From assembly GCA_051294375.1 (NCBI GenBank), contig CM119268.1, forward strand, positions 17,176,502 through 17,240,501: a stretch of 64,000 nucleotides of DNA, in the 5' to 3' direction. This stretch comes from Paraspadella gotoi. Its lineage: Eukaryota; Animalia; Chaetognatha. Shown here one piece after another: positions 13,392-27,735 of the stretch (position 1 is the first letter of the stretch; each line of letters begins with the position of its first letter). The position numbers and the translations under genes were made by a program. The notes beneath the pieces were generated by a model. That model searched no databases, was not told the DNA's origin, and saw only the letters and a list, made by a program, of their open reading frames with translations.

Positions 13392-15504
13392 AAGAGGGAG
13401 AGAGAGAGTACAAATAATAAAGACGATGGCAAGATCAGTCGAGACTGGTTAGAACGTAGCCGGTACTCGATTATGATTGGTTCGTTCACAACCTCCTGGC
13501 AGCATCGTTCTCTCAATGGGACTTCTGATTGGTCGCGAATTTCTCCGGAGATCGTATGTGTTTTCTTTCTTTTTTCTTCTTTTTTTTAGAGACGATGAAG
13601 ATGACGATGACGACGACGATGAATTCGAGAGGAGGAGTGGGGGAAGAAGAGTGCTAACGTCCGATATGTGTTCGCTGATTGAAGGATTTTATGACCAATG
13701 AGCGACGCCCAGTGTTGCAGCTGAAGCAAAGATTGTCCGCTTTTTTCGTGTGTCCTTTGCGCCATTGACGCCTCCTTTTATTTCGCGTTTACCCTTCGAA
13801 TTTCGCGGTTAGGATTAGGATAAAAGCATTTAGCCTCACATTGTGAGAGTAAGGGAGGAGAAAAAGAGGAATTAGTTGAAGAACGATTTAGGTTTTTTGC
13901 TCTGGTTTGTGAAAAGAAACTATAATGAAGATGAAAGACTCTGTAAGAAATAGGCAATAATATTATTATCATTATTATTAAATCCAATTTAATTAGTTTA
14001 GGGAATTGTTTAGATGACTGAATCAACAAGAGCAACCTCAATACAATTAACACAATTATTGCAATCGCTAGAGCTTTTAAAAAATATATATAAGCTGAAC
14101 CTGTTCGATTGATTGATTTTTCATAGCTAAACATTTGTTGTGTAACATCCAGCGACTGAAATGTCACATAATTGAAAAATTAATTTTTTTAGTTAATTTC
14201 TTTTTATTTCTTGAAATGATTAAAAAGTTTATGTACCCAAGTTGACGAATCTTGTTTTTTTTCTTTTGTCAATTCCGTTCTGTCAATAGAACTTAGATCA
14301 TAGTAACTAAGAATGAAGCTCGAATTTTTACTCATGTACGCGGCGATGGTTTGGCTCATCTGGAAATTCGCTTCAATGATGGCGGCCGTTATGAAGGAAG
14401 CCAATCACAAGCTAGGGTGAGTTTTTATTTCGTCAACCTTAATATTCCGTTTGTACGATGAGCTGTTTTTTTCCTTCTGAATTTACATTAGTGGTGAAAA
14501 TTGATATAAAAAATTTTAACCCAAAACCGTTTCTTGACAGATTTTAACGCGAGTGGTCAAACGCGAAGGTTAATCAAGAAAAGGAATATGAAATACGAGA
14601 GAAATAAAACGTTAAATAAAACTGACATCTTTAGACTTGGACGAAGTACGTTTTGGTTTTAGAACAATATTTTAGTTAGATTTATAAACTTAAAACATTT
14701 ATTTAATGTTTGAAATCGGACATGTTTCGAGTCTTTATAAGCGATAAACAATTTGCTTATCGCTTATGAAGACTCGCAAAACAAGAGTCGAAAAATGTCC
14801 TAATTGTCCATTTTCAAACATTAAATAAATCGTTGTTGAAGCCTATGAAAAACTTTTGTTTTTCTTCAAAATTACAAAATGAAACGAAAAGAGAGAAATA
14901 ATACGGTATCTGTAAACTAGTTTTTCTGAGCCATTGAATCGGAACGATATTTCTATCTAATGATCATAATTTGTTTACAAAAACCCCCAAAAAAATAATT
15001 TTGTGGCTTAGTCTTAAACTTACAGAAGATTATCATCCTGTCTTTCTTCGTTGTATACCTAAAAATTAAAATTTTATTATCTGCTGACTGAAATTTAGAT
15101 ACAAGAAGAACTCATATTCTGATTCATCATCAACTGGATAAATTTAGTCAATGAGTACAATTGATAACAAGTCACAAAGAAGTTGCAATTAAGAGATAAA
15201 GAGTGAAAGATAGAAAATAAAAACAGAAAAGATCACAGACGTGAAAAAAAAAAATTAAATCAAACGATGCAATGGAATTCGCTGCCTAAGAAATCTAATT
15301 TAATAAAAAAAAAGACTGACTGGATTTTCACAAAAAAAAAATAAACAAACAGTTAAATAAATAAACCTAACAGAACCTAACAAAACAAAACAAAACAAAA
15401 ATTTAAAAATAGCTTGCCAATTAATGAAATAGGCACAGCCTCAACTTGCGAAATGTCTTGCTCTTTTGTTTTCAGCGACGCTTGGGCAACGTATAGAGTT
15501 TTGA
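11936..15504 (+). CDS. Small unassigned protein (~107 aa), 6 exons; possible NTF2/SnoaL-like fold
   Basis: Exons 11936-11987, 12101-12168, 14297-14416, 14541-14568, 15026-15052 and 15476-15504 join by GT-AG introns in matching phases (1,0,0,1,1). Product: MDKDDLVRATSVALGRVPIFGDKIDDFKQLFNSEHVDVYEIIVTKNEARIFTHVRGDGLAHLEIRFNDGGRYEGSQSQARILTRVVKREEDYHPVFLRSTLGQRIEF*. The first exon and the 15052 donor are the weakest parts. Confidence 0.5.
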
Positions 15505-16438
15505 TAGACTGATAATTATAATTTAAATTAAAAAAAATAACAAAAAACACGAGTTATTAACAATGGACTAGAGAGAGATAAAACCAAGATTTAAAGCATT
15601 ATTAAACAAGAAATAAAAAATTCAAATACATATACTGTTAACACTATATGCACTAGCTAATCGACAAGAGTTTTTATTTAACTAAAAACAATAATGACCC
15701 GATAAATCTCCATAAAAATATCGGCCACTCTTGAACATCTCCCGGATTGGTACGTATCGTCGTCATTTGTGTCAACATCAATTTCCAGCATTTCAAAAAA
15801 ACTTGCAATTTCTTTGTATAACTCGGGGTACATAAGTATTTTAAAAATCATTCCGACTTCTAAGTGGTAACGTAACTAGCAAAATATTTAAGGGATTGTT
15901 ACATTAAATAAAGAAAGAATTTGATTAAAATTAATCTAAGCGTAGGGGATAGAAGTATCAAAGCATTTAAAAAACTTAAATTATAAAATAAAGGGCTCTA
16001 TTCCAAGCCCATACTTCAGACATTGTAGAATACTTTTTATGTATTTCTCCCAGATGAATTACCGCATTAATTTTGAAAATAATTGGGATATTGTAGCTAG
16101 GTATTAAGGGAGAAAGTCGATTATAAGTAATAATTCTGAACGAGAAGTTTTTTTTTTTTCATTTCATAGGATTGAATATGAGGGAGTAAAACCTCATTTT
16201 CGTCATAAAACTCTCCTAAGCCTAAGGTACTTCGTATTAAAATCGATCATTTGTTTTTTGTTATTTTTTTTTTAAGAAGAGGACATAAATAATGGTATTC
16301 AGGCTTATAAGTAAAACGTATTCTCAAATTTTCGAATTGTAAGGATATGGATTTTTTAGTTGTGACGAAAGTTACTGGCCAAAACTAATGCATCGCGATT
16401 TGAAATTGCATATATCGACGTTGCTGATAGCCGGTGAT

Positions 16439-19400
16439 TCACGACTTTCTGCCGATTCCGAACCTGCAATAGGAAAAAAAAAAAGAAATAATTTAGAAGC
16501 CGCTATAGAAAAAGAAGCCAGTGAACTTTTTTCTTATATTTTTATATCGATAGATGTGGAATGACGGGAATATTTGTAAATCTCAAGTTTCGCTTAATCG
16601 GACCTCACCATTGTGGAGAAATCTTAGGAAACCCATCAAAATTCCACCCCTTTTTTTTCAACATTCTCGCCTTTTAAAGAATTTTTGCCGATTCTGACTT
16701 CCTCTTACAAACTTATAATTCCGCTAGTTAATTTTTTTTTCTTAAACGAGCGAAGGGAATCCACAACTTTCTGTTATTTTATGATTTCTGGGTAAAAAAT
16801 ATAATAAATTACATTAACATTGGGATATTATGAAAGTATAATGTCTTGTGAAGCCTGTGAGAGTTAAATAATTAAAAAATTCGCATATATTTTATTATTG
16901 AAAAATGACAGTAAAATGAAGAAGTTGAATGTCTTCCGGCTCATTTCAGTAAACATCCCTGTTCTCTAGCATAAAATAATGTTTACTTTTTGTTGGTGGA
17001 AAAGAAAGATAAATACTTAGGCTGTGATGGGGGATAGATAATTTTGTAGAATTTTGTAAAGCATGCTTGTAAAATCAGAACAAGCAATATTTAAGTGAGC
17101 AAAAATTCACAATTTTCTTTATCCAAAAACTTCAAAGTTTTACTAGAGTAGCAATTTAACCTTTTTTCTTTCAAGAGTCATTAAAAAGAATTAAATTTTT
17201 CATTTATCTTATGGGGTGTCATTAGTTTTAAATTTCATTATAATTTTTGACTTAGTTTGACACTCACCCTAAAGGAGGTTTCAGCATAAGTAATTCTAAA
17301 ATTGTATCTTGTATATGCCCTATGATTATGGCTTCATTTTGGTACTATTACCATCCTTTATCTTTATTCCTTCAAAAGATATTAGGAAAAATCAGTTTTT
17401 TTTCTCAACCTTCCTTTTAATTTCTTTTTAAATAAAATTTCGCGATTCAAACCGGACTATTTCATTTAAACCTGATCATTTTATGTCAAAATCATTATAA
17501 AATGAAAAAAGAAAAATAGGACAAGCTCTTCAGACACCAAAGCTATCAGAATCGCGAAATTCGAAGTTGCTCCATGTAACAGGAACATATAGCAATCCCG
17601 TTTGCAATTTTAAGTTTGTAAACTTTCCCTTTCATTTCTATAGTATAATGAGGTTTGAAAATTCCCGGAGATGAGTAGTAGCATTTCCCTGGCTTGTTTG
17701 ATATTAAATCCTTTATCAAATGCCCATAAAACAAATAGGACAAGCTCTTCAGATGTAACGCTCTCGGAATGTGCGTTTTTACAAGTGTTTTTTAACCGAA
17801 TTTTTGGCAAACGCGTTGCAATTTGGGTAGTCAGATTTGAACGGAATTCTCTATTAGTAAAAATGTTGAATTTTTTTTTAAGCGAGATTCTCGTCTAAAT
17901 AATTGTAAAGAAGTGATCCAGCGAGAAATTTCAATGAAAATTGATTAATTTATTTTTATAAACCAAGTTTCTTTAACAACCGTTCCACCTGTGAGAGAAT
18001 AAAGAGTGAGATTTTCCGCTTTTGTGATCCTCATCATTGGCCATCGTCTTTGCCGGCTTGCTACTCCCCGTCGGATTTTGCAATTGCATCAGGAACAAAT
18101 TTTGCACATCCAATATACCCTAAAAGAGAAATGGGCACATTTTCGTATAGATACTGAAGATACTGAATAGTTAAATGAGAATGAACATTATTTAATTAAT
18201 GTCCGTCTTTTTTCCATAATACGATTTAATTAGCTTCTTCCTGAATTTTTTTCCGCCTTTCTACCAATACGCATATTATTATTAAATTCGATGACAATTC
18301 TAATTCATTTAAGATTTAAGATGACCTTTTTTTGGCCAAGACCCACAACATCCTTTTCTCGCAATCACCTTTATGGCATTGGTCCACTTGTCCTTGTCCT
18401 CCGCAGAGGGCAGCGCGAGGACAAAGGTCTTGTCGGCTTCCGGTTGTTTGTCGTGAATGACAAAGACGCGATTCGTTGGATCCTCGTTGTTTCCTGTCGT
18501 CGTCGTCATCGTCGGCGGCGTCGGCGTCGGCGTTGGCGAAGAAGACGGCGGCGTCGGCGTCGTAGCCTGCGGCGGCGGCGCCGGCGCCTGCGGAATGCCC
18601 TTGGGCGGTTTCTCCACGAAAAGCATCTTGTTGACCTGAAGATGAAAGCCCAGGAAAACTTATTTTAATACTTATTTATGAAATTAGCGAACAACAACAA
18701 CAACCAAAACAACTTAAATAACCGGAACAACAATAACAACAACAACGGTCGTAACAATAAAAACAACCGAAACAATAACAACAACAACCAGAACATCAAC
18801 CACAACGAACCTTGACTTGATTCTTGTAGAGAAAGAAGGGTTGACTCATTCCCTTTTTAAGACTCAGTTTCTCCGCGAAGACGATGAGCTGCTCGAAGAG
18901 GAAAACTTCTCGCTCGACGAAGGGCGTCGGCGACGGCGTCGGCGAATCCGGACTTCCGGTCGACGTCAGCGCCTCGTAGTGGGACGTCGTCATCTCGGCC
19001 ACCTGGTGGGAGCAATGTAGAGGGATGTTTAATATCGGATTATACGTGGTAGTATTGTCCGATGTCGGATGCATTATTTCGGGTTTCGGACCAGTTTGGG
19101 TTTTTTGGGTTTTGGGACAATAATGAATAATGTATAGCTAAATCCTCACACTTTCGCCTTCGACGATAAAAAAAGAACTACAATGGCAATGACCATGATA
19201 CCGACAACGACAGCTGCAATATTCACAATCCAAAAGAGTCATCAAGATTTGTTTACCTCTGACAACTAAAATAAAAACAACGCCGACAATGACGATAACA
19301 ACGACAAAGAAACTTTCAAACGTCTACGACTTGAATGATCGATGACTTTGACCTGGACGGCGCCTAAGATGAGGAGTTTTCCCTGAGCCGTGATTTTGCC

Positions 19401-21426
19401 GAAGGTGTTGTCGAACCCTTGGAGGCGACCGACGGTCATCATCTCGTTGGCCGCCTTTGGGATGCGTTGCATGATCGACACCACTTTCTGTTGGGAAGAA
19501 TGTTTGGATCAAAATACATGTTTGACAAATTGATTATTTCTTGACTAATTCTTTTTTTTTTTTTTTTTTTTTTGAAGAAGGTTTTTGGTTTCAAAGTTAC
19601 TATAATGAAAGAGAGCCCAAATCGCTAGAGTCAGACAAAAGACGTCTCGCGGCTTTTTGCAATCGATATCTGACGATTCATCCGGATTAAGCTTTTTACT
19701 TTTAGAGCAACGATGCTCGCTCGCCAAACTCTTTCTTTTTGGATCTTTGGTTCGTTTCTGGTTACAGTTCGGGTTTCAGTTTCTTTCTATAAGTTTTTCA
19801 TTCAATTGTTAGCAGGAGAAACATTTTTAGAAGAGATTTGAGAATTTAATTAATTCGTTTCAGTTACAGGTAGTTTGACCGGCCCGTTCTAGCTAACAGC
19901 TCGTCAATCACTGGGCTCGAACTCCAGCCCTTCGGGTTGGAACTATAAGGCGAATGTCTCGCCTCCTTGCCTTATTAGCCTCTCTCCTTTCTCCAACCTT
20001 GAGCTGCGCCGTGTCTTCGCCCGTCCGCTCCGAGTATTTGAGGATGTCCTTCAGCAGCAACTGATACTTCATGATCCTCTGGACGGGTTTGATGAGAAAG
20101 TCGGATATCTGCAGCCGATGGTTGAACTCTCGACGCAGAGTCTCGAAGAAGGTGTCGAGGAACTCGCCGACGATCGCTTCCGACTTTGGTTTGTTCTCGC
20201 AGTAGACGTTGTAGATGTGTTCGAGGCTGGGATGGGGGTCGAGAGGAGAGGGCGGTTTAATTACGAGGGTGAAGATGTTGGGGGGGGAGGGGGTGGGGTC
20301 TGTGGGCAGAACCGTATTGCGCGTGGGTGTAAAATGAAAGGAAAAAAAAAAAAACAAGGAAACGGAAGAAAAGACGAATTATTATCGTGGGAAGAGAAAA
20401 AAAAGTGCGTGGGTCGGCGTGGTGTAGGAAGAGGAGCAGGAAGCGGAAGAAGAGGAGCGGAAGAAGAGGATTGGAAGAGTGGAGCCAGTGAGGAGCGGCA
20501 GTAGGTCTCGAGAGGAGCGACATTGAAAAAAAGAAGAGAGTAACTTGCAAATTTCCGTTTGAAAGATCGCGTGCGCTTCGAGGGTTAAAACGACAACAAC
20601 AACGACAACTCTCACCGGCGTTGACGCTCGCCCGTTCGACCGCAGAAAACCAAAAAAAGATTCGGGGATTTCGAGGTGGAACATTTTTCCAAATCCGGAA
20701 GGAAAATGTTCCGGTGAAATTCGTAAATCATCTAAAATGGGGAGGATAGGAAAAATGAGTGACAAATGCTTCACGATATCTTTGTTTGGCCGCAGTTGAA
20801 ACCAGTGGCCGCGCCAATACATGTAAATCACTTTCAAGGGCTAAAACTGAACTGTTACTGCGGCACTATTAACATTTTGCTACTTGCAAAAATATTTTAT
20901 GAATCAAAAGAATATTATTTTTGTTTCGATATATTATATTATATATGATTAGAATAAGAAATTGAATAAAATAAAATATAAAATATTGTTTTGTTGAAGA
21001 GCAGGTGTAAGTGAAGATCTTGTGGGTGCAGATAAAGTTTATTTTGAATGTCCCTTTGTCTTACAAAAAGCTTCCTTCTTTGTAGAGCCCTCTAGTAGAA
21101 TAGGGTGAAAACACAGGGAAAATTTAATGGGACGCTTCAGCAACAAAGATATCGGGTATTATCAACACTGTAAAAAATTTGCTGATGGTTAAAAACTAAA
21201 TTTTTTAGCACCAGTTTTTAAAACGTAGAAGCGAAGATTGGGAAGAAATAAATATTTTTGAAAAAAATATTGTTTTGGCCGAAAACTGACTTGAATGTTG
21301 CCGAAAATGATGAGTTCCTTGTTTCCCTGTAATCCGTCCGGAATTCCGTCGCCCTTCATCCGGGGAATGTAATCCTAACGAAAAAGACATGGAAGTTTTT
21401 GTTTTTGTGATGGAGAGAGGAAGACA

Positions 21427-21482
<56 letters not shown>

Positions 21483-24026
21483 TTAACAATATCTCTCTCC
21501 TATTTTGCCATTTCGGTTATCATAATCTGCAACATTAAAAAGAGGAACGCGACGAAAATCTTTTGTCCTGATTTTTTTTTTTCTATAGAGGCTCATGTAA
21601 TCCCATTAGGAATTAAATTTCTGATTAGATCTTCTCGTCCTCTCTCTCCTCTCCTCTCTTCTCTCTCCTTCTTCTCTCTCTTCTCTTTCTCTCTCTCTCT
21701 CTCTCTTGCTCGTTCACTATTTGATTACCCATTTAATATTTTTCTTTGCGCGCAGACAAAACGAAAAGAGAGGAATGAAAGAAAGAATATAATCTTGGGC
21801 GTTCACCTCGACGATGAGATTATCTTTTTTATTAATGAAAAGGAGTTTTTAAATTTAAATTTAAAACAAAAACATAATCGTAACAAACCAACAAAAGTAT
21901 TTGAAAATCCTTAAGCATTCACAATTTAAACATAGGTCGCCAAATATTTTTACGCAATTGCCCGCAAGCAAGCGCATACACTAGATTTCTTCCGTGTAAT
22001 CGAAGAAAAAATAATGAGTTTAATATTCGATGCACTTCTGTTTAAAAAATTCCATCAAAACTCTATGTTCAATCTCTTAATCTCATTTGCATATTGCAAA
22101 CAATTTAAGGCCAGTAATTATTTAGCAAATAAGACGATCGAGTTCTGAATTAAATCAAACAAAATGGATTCGGCGATTTAATCGATTTTTTTTTTGGTTT
22201 AGTCCTTTTCGAAAAAAAAGCGTACATATGAGTCATAACCCTTCAGTTTAATAATATATTCGTGACATTTATTTATTGAATCTTATTAAGCATTTAAATA
22301 CTTATAACCGATGCTCATCTCAATCCATCCTATCCCTCACCTCGCAAACGCTCTTGAGATCATTAACGTACTGCTTCTCCGTCTCTATCAACTCTTGCAG
22401 GACGTAGGATCTCTTCAACACGGCCAGTTCCTCTTCCGTTTTTTGTTTCTCCGCCTCCGCGTTTGATCCGTTCGCCTCCGAGGCGCCTCCGCTTTCTTCC
22501 TTCGCTTCTCCCTTCCGGTCAGCGTCCGATTTTTCCAGCGGCGTCGTTTCGAGGGTGGAGGGGGCGTCGGAATCGGAGGGGGCGGAGGTTTCCACGGAGA
22601 GAACTGGGGCGTTGACGGAGGAGGACGACGACAGCGCCGCTTCCTTCGGACCGGCGTCGAAATTTCCGGCGTCCGGCCGATCGTCGAAATTCCCGGCGCC
22701 GGACGCGGCTTCCGAAGGCGCGTTGGAAGTCCTCGACGGCGAGGGCGAGGAGAGGGCGCCGGGGGAGCAGCCGTTGACGACGCCGCCGACGCCGCCGACG
22801 CCGTCGACGCCGAGGGAATCGAGCCCGCCGACACGAGCGGCGGCTGCGGCGGCACTGGAGTCTCTGTCGTTTCCGTCGGGGGCGGGAAAGAGGCGCTTGT
22901 CGATGAGGGCGTCGCTAATGTCGCAGGAGGAGAGCATTCCGTCCAGCGAACGCGTATCACAACCTTAGATGGCGCGGGTGACGTGAGTGGGAGATTAAGG
23001 AGAAAATGAAAAAAAATGGAAAACAAAAGGTGAATCGGCGACGAATTAAAATCAGACATATATATTATGCATATACTTTCTTCCTTAATTAATTTTGGAT
23101 AATATTACTTGCGGATTTCCGCCCCAATCGCTGCGGTTAGAAAATAGAAGCACCAGACGATACAAATTGGGTTAAAACCGTAGACATGTAAACAAAAAAT
23201 GCAGATTCAAACTGTTGCCTCGTCTCAGATTTTATGGGAAAAAAAAATACAGTCGCCCTTTTTAACCACGAACCAACTACTTTATACGGTGAAAATGCCC
23301 AAGAATATATATCATTAGTGTCCTTTTCTTTGATAAAGTAAAACATTTATAAGTCATTTATCAATTTTGTATTTAATATAAGACAACGACTACATTAACA
23401 ACATTCCCCCAGTTGCCCAGCAGCTTTCCCCCGTCCTCACTTGGATCGTCCGGCGAGACGACGACGGCGAGGAGTTTCGACTCGGTCAAGTCCGAGAGAG
23501 GGCGTGGCGCCGTCGGCGGAAGCGCCAGGTGGCGCCCCTTCTCCACGAGATGGCGCCCCTTCTCCGCCGCGGCTTCCTCGTCTTTTTCGATGAAAACCTC
23601 GTGAGGCGGCGCCGAAAGCGACATTTTGGATTTCTGACGAGAATAAAAAAATATTTAGTAAATGAATGGATTTCAAACATGGATGTATGCTGATCTGAGA
23701 ATCAAGGGTCTTTTTGGAAAATGGTCACACTCATATATAAAAGTCAAAGGGAGGTTTTTTTTTTATTATTTCTTCACATTATTATTTTCTGATTTTTTCC
23801 TTCAACTTTTCTCTCGTAGGTCAAACTTACCTTGGACCTGTTTTCCTTGACGCTGCCAAATCTTCTCCTCACGGGATTCGTGAACCAACGACAAAGGCTT
23901 GATCGTTTGGAGATTCCCGCGGGGCCCCCGGGGGCGGTTCCGGGAGGCGCCGATTCCCCGGGGAGACCCACGGTCTCAGGAAGCGAATCCCGCTGCCCCG
24001 CCGGCGTCGGAAGTGAGCTGAGAGCG

Positions 24027-24057
<31 letters not shown>

Positions 24058-24840
24058 CACTTTTTTCTTTAAACAAAATCGATGGAAAAAATCTTGTTGA
24101 GAGAAAAACATGAAAAGGGGAAAGAGAGAAAAAGAGATTGAGGAGATTAAGAATAAAATGGGAAAGTCGGGCGAAGCGAGAAAAAAATAAATCGATAACA
24201 ACGACGAATCAATTTATTTTTCATCTTTCAACCATATAAATATTTTTTTTTCGCGGCAGAATTAGTTCTAAAATAAAAACCGTCATTGACTTTTGTTTAT
24301 TGTTTTTTTTTCTCAGATGGCGTACCTCTCCTTCCGCGGGGGCGACAGGCGATTTGTCCTTTTTAAACTGAAGCGCCATGACGACGGAGGCGGGCATGCG
24401 ACGATCGAGTCGTCAACTGAAAAAAATAAAGGAAGAGCATCGAGTTAAATATTTTTATAAGATATTTTTACTATCTCACGAAAATGTTTCGTATCAAGAA
24501 GATACAGTTATTTTCATGAAAACGAACTTAGAATTTAAGTATCTAACGTTTATTAAATCTCATTTACGAAAAATAAGTAAAAAAAAAAGAAAATTACCAC
24601 TTTTACGTCTACAGACACGTTTTACTGTTAAAGTAAAAAGTTATTCATGTTTAAAATAGTAAAAAAAAAAACCGACTGGTTTTGCTGTATTTAACGTATC
24701 GGTGCATATCGATCCGACTCGGATACTCACTCACGACAAGGCCACTTTGACATTTGAACAGGAAAAGGAATTCCCAGTTTTGTTCTTTGTTGTTTTTTCC
24801 CTTCGATTGTTGATGTTGTTGATGATCGCTTACAACTTCT
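16439..24840 (-). CDS. Dbl-family RhoGEF (DH-PH), Trio/kalirin GEF2 or p63RhoGEF-like; 5' end unresolved
   Basis: Phase-consistent exons 24840-~24733, 24416-24326, 24017-23831, 23633-23441, 22963-22341, 21374-21291, 20731-20616, 20226-19998, 19487-19353, 19002-18811, 18635-18369, 18119-17989, 16463-16439. Motifs: [10 protein letters not shown]; [20 protein letters not shown]; IFGNIQMIYEFH; YCENKPKSE; [20 protein letters not shown]; [18 protein letters not shown]; ITAQGKLL; [12 protein letters not shown]; [22 protein letters not shown]. Confidence 0.9.
17546..17850 (-). mobile_element. Possible decayed ISXO2/Merlin-like DNA transposase N-terminal fragment in the last RhoGEF intron
   Basis: Frameshifted translation [13 protein letters not shown].../[27 protein letters not shown]...YYRNERE resembles my recollection of eukaryotic ISXO2-like N-termini. 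Internal duplication TAGGACAAGCTCTTCAGA at ~17517 and ~17736. Confidence 0.25.
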
Positions 24841-25136
24841 CTGCGGGGAGAGAAAAATCCTCGATGTTCATTTCTTTCCAGAAAAAATCATCGCGAGTCA
24901 TTTTTTTTTTAGTCGTCGGGGCGAAGAAAAGAAGATTAGAAAAGAGCGAGAGCGAGAGCGAGAGTGAGGGGGTAGAGAGAGAGAGAGAGAGAGAGAGATG
25001 TTTGCACTCAAAATACTTTCGATAAAAAGCGTCTTTTTTTACGACCAATTTATTTTTTCCGGAAAATGTATGAAAAAAATTGATAAGTTAATTCCTCTAT
25101 TTATTGAAATTTCAGTGCTTGGTGTTAAAATAACTT

Positions 25137-25242
<106 letters not shown>

Positions 25243-25580
25243 CTGGAAACATCTCGATCGCATCGAGAGTCAAAAATTAAAAAAAAAGAAAAAAGAAAAA
25301 TTTCGAATCATTGAAAGAAAATAAAGTCGGAGAAAAAGAATCTCTGTCATTATTGGAAGAAATATGCTAATGGACCGCTTAACAACCAACGTAAGCATTT
25401 TTCGTTACCGAAGCAAAATTCAAAAAAGCTGAAAAAGAAAAGATATCATAAATACACTAAAAAAATTCTGGCAGAGTGTAAGACATACGATGAAGAATAA
25501 AAATCGATTTTTGTTCAAGAAAGGGCGAGCGAGTCAGAGTGAGACTAAAAAAAGGACTACAGCGAGAGAGAAAAATAAAG

Positions 25581-25629
<49 letters not shown>

Positions 25630-26620
25630 TTGTGAAAAAAAAGTTAAGGATGAAGTTGAAGGGAACGCGGAAAAGTCGAAATCTTTCTCGTTTTTAGTCT
25701 CCCCTTAAGAATAGAATCACCAATTTTCCTTTATTTTCTTTCTGTTTTTTCTTTCTACTTATTTATATAATTTTTGTATTATAAAGTTTAAGAATACTCC
25801 AGACACACGCATTTGAGAAGCAGGTCAGGAAAGGGCAGCCGAAATTTAAGAAAGTTTACAAAATCAAGTTTACTAAAGAGTGACATTAAAACAATAAAAA
25901 TAAAATTTATCGCTGAATCGATTGTCAAAGCGAAAAGGAGCAATATCGATTTCGGTCAAACAAAAGAACATAAAGTTCGTATTTCAGGTCGAAACGTATG
26001 AATGAAAAAACGAAAAAAGACTAAGGATGAATGAGAATGAAGGACGTTCGATGAATAGAAACGCGTAACTGCAGAAAACGAGAAACAAGATCGCGCGACA
26101 GGACTAACAAAATCCTCGCTCTTAATGTCGTCCTTAAATTCAACGCCTTAAAACAAACAATTCTCTACCTGTCGTTGCTAAATGTCATCAGGGGGCAAGA
26201 AATCAGCAATGAGATTAAAGGAATGGTTACTACGCCAGATAAAAACTAAAGGCAATGCGACAGAAATAACTAAACATTGCGAAAAGAGCTTCGCGACTTA
26301 ACGCTACTAAACGATGTGGAACACAATAGAGCTAAAGTACTAAAGGGGTGGAGCCCTTATTCGGCTTTGACGTTCGACGTAGACTCGCCACGGCTTTTTT
26401 TCTTATCGCCAGAGCGCCTCTTAAAAAACTAAAACAGAAAGAAAACAAAATAAAAGAACAACGCCATTTTCCACGTTGTATTTTTCTTGGTGAGAGAGGC
26501 CCAGCGGCATCGACGTAACCACGCCTTTTAAAAAGGCGTCGACGGTCCAGAAGCAAAAAAATGTCGGGGACAGAGCGATGTACGGTAGATCACCGGGAAT
26601 TTTAAACGAGGGGCTGCGCG

Positions 26621-26732
<112 letters not shown>

Positions 26733-27658
26733 AAAGAGAGCGTGCCGCCATGGATTTTTTTTGTAGTCGTCCGCCTTTCAGAGCGGAAGTGAAGGTGATA
26801 GAGATTCAAATGCCACGCACTTGAAGAGGAGGAGGAGGAAGAGGAGGGGGAAGAGAAAGAGGAAGAGGATGAGCCGGAGCCGTTGCCGGAAAAGAGCGAG
26901 AGACAGAGAGAGAGAGAGAGACAGATAGAGAGAGAGTCGTGATTGGAGAAATCGACATGAACGTTACGAGGTTTTTCTCTGTCACTCTCCCTTTCAGAGA
27001 GCTCAGTTACATTGCGAAATCGAACATATGTGAATCGACTGAATCGCGCTTCTATTCTTTCCATTTCTTTCTTTCTTTATTTTTTTCTTTCTTTCTTTAT
27101 TTCTTTCCTTCTTTCTGTGTCACATTCTTCTTTCTTACCTTTCTTTCTCATTATCTTTCTTTCTTTGTTCTTTCTTTCTTTCTTTCTTTCTTTCTTCTTC
27201 TTTCTTTCTTTCTTTCTTTCTTTCTTTTCTCTCTTCTTTCTTTGGACATTCTTTTCTTTCTGACTTCTTTCTTTCTTTCTTTCTTTCTTCTTTCTTTCTT
27301 TCTTTCTTTCTTTTTTCTCTCTTTCTCTCTTTTTTTGTTAAATTCTCCCTTTCTTTGTTACTTTCATTTCTTTTTTCTTTCGTTATTTCTTTCTTTCTTT
27401 TTTTCTCTCTCTTTATTTCTTTCTTTCTTTCTTTTTTTCTTTTCTTCATGTCTTTCGCGTTCTCAGTCAAAAGGAGACTGCGGCGGCGCCGCCCGTTTGC
27501 CATGGCCTCACGCGAGCGACGCGGCGCCGGCTGCCGTCTCCGCTGTCGTCTTAGTTGTCGTCGTCGTCGGCATTGCAGCGAATCCCCGACTTCCGCTGCT
27601 GAATGGCTACCACGGCAATGGCCTGTCCCGGCGTTGGATGGAATTGAGAGATCACGCG

Positions 27659-27735
<77 letters not shown>

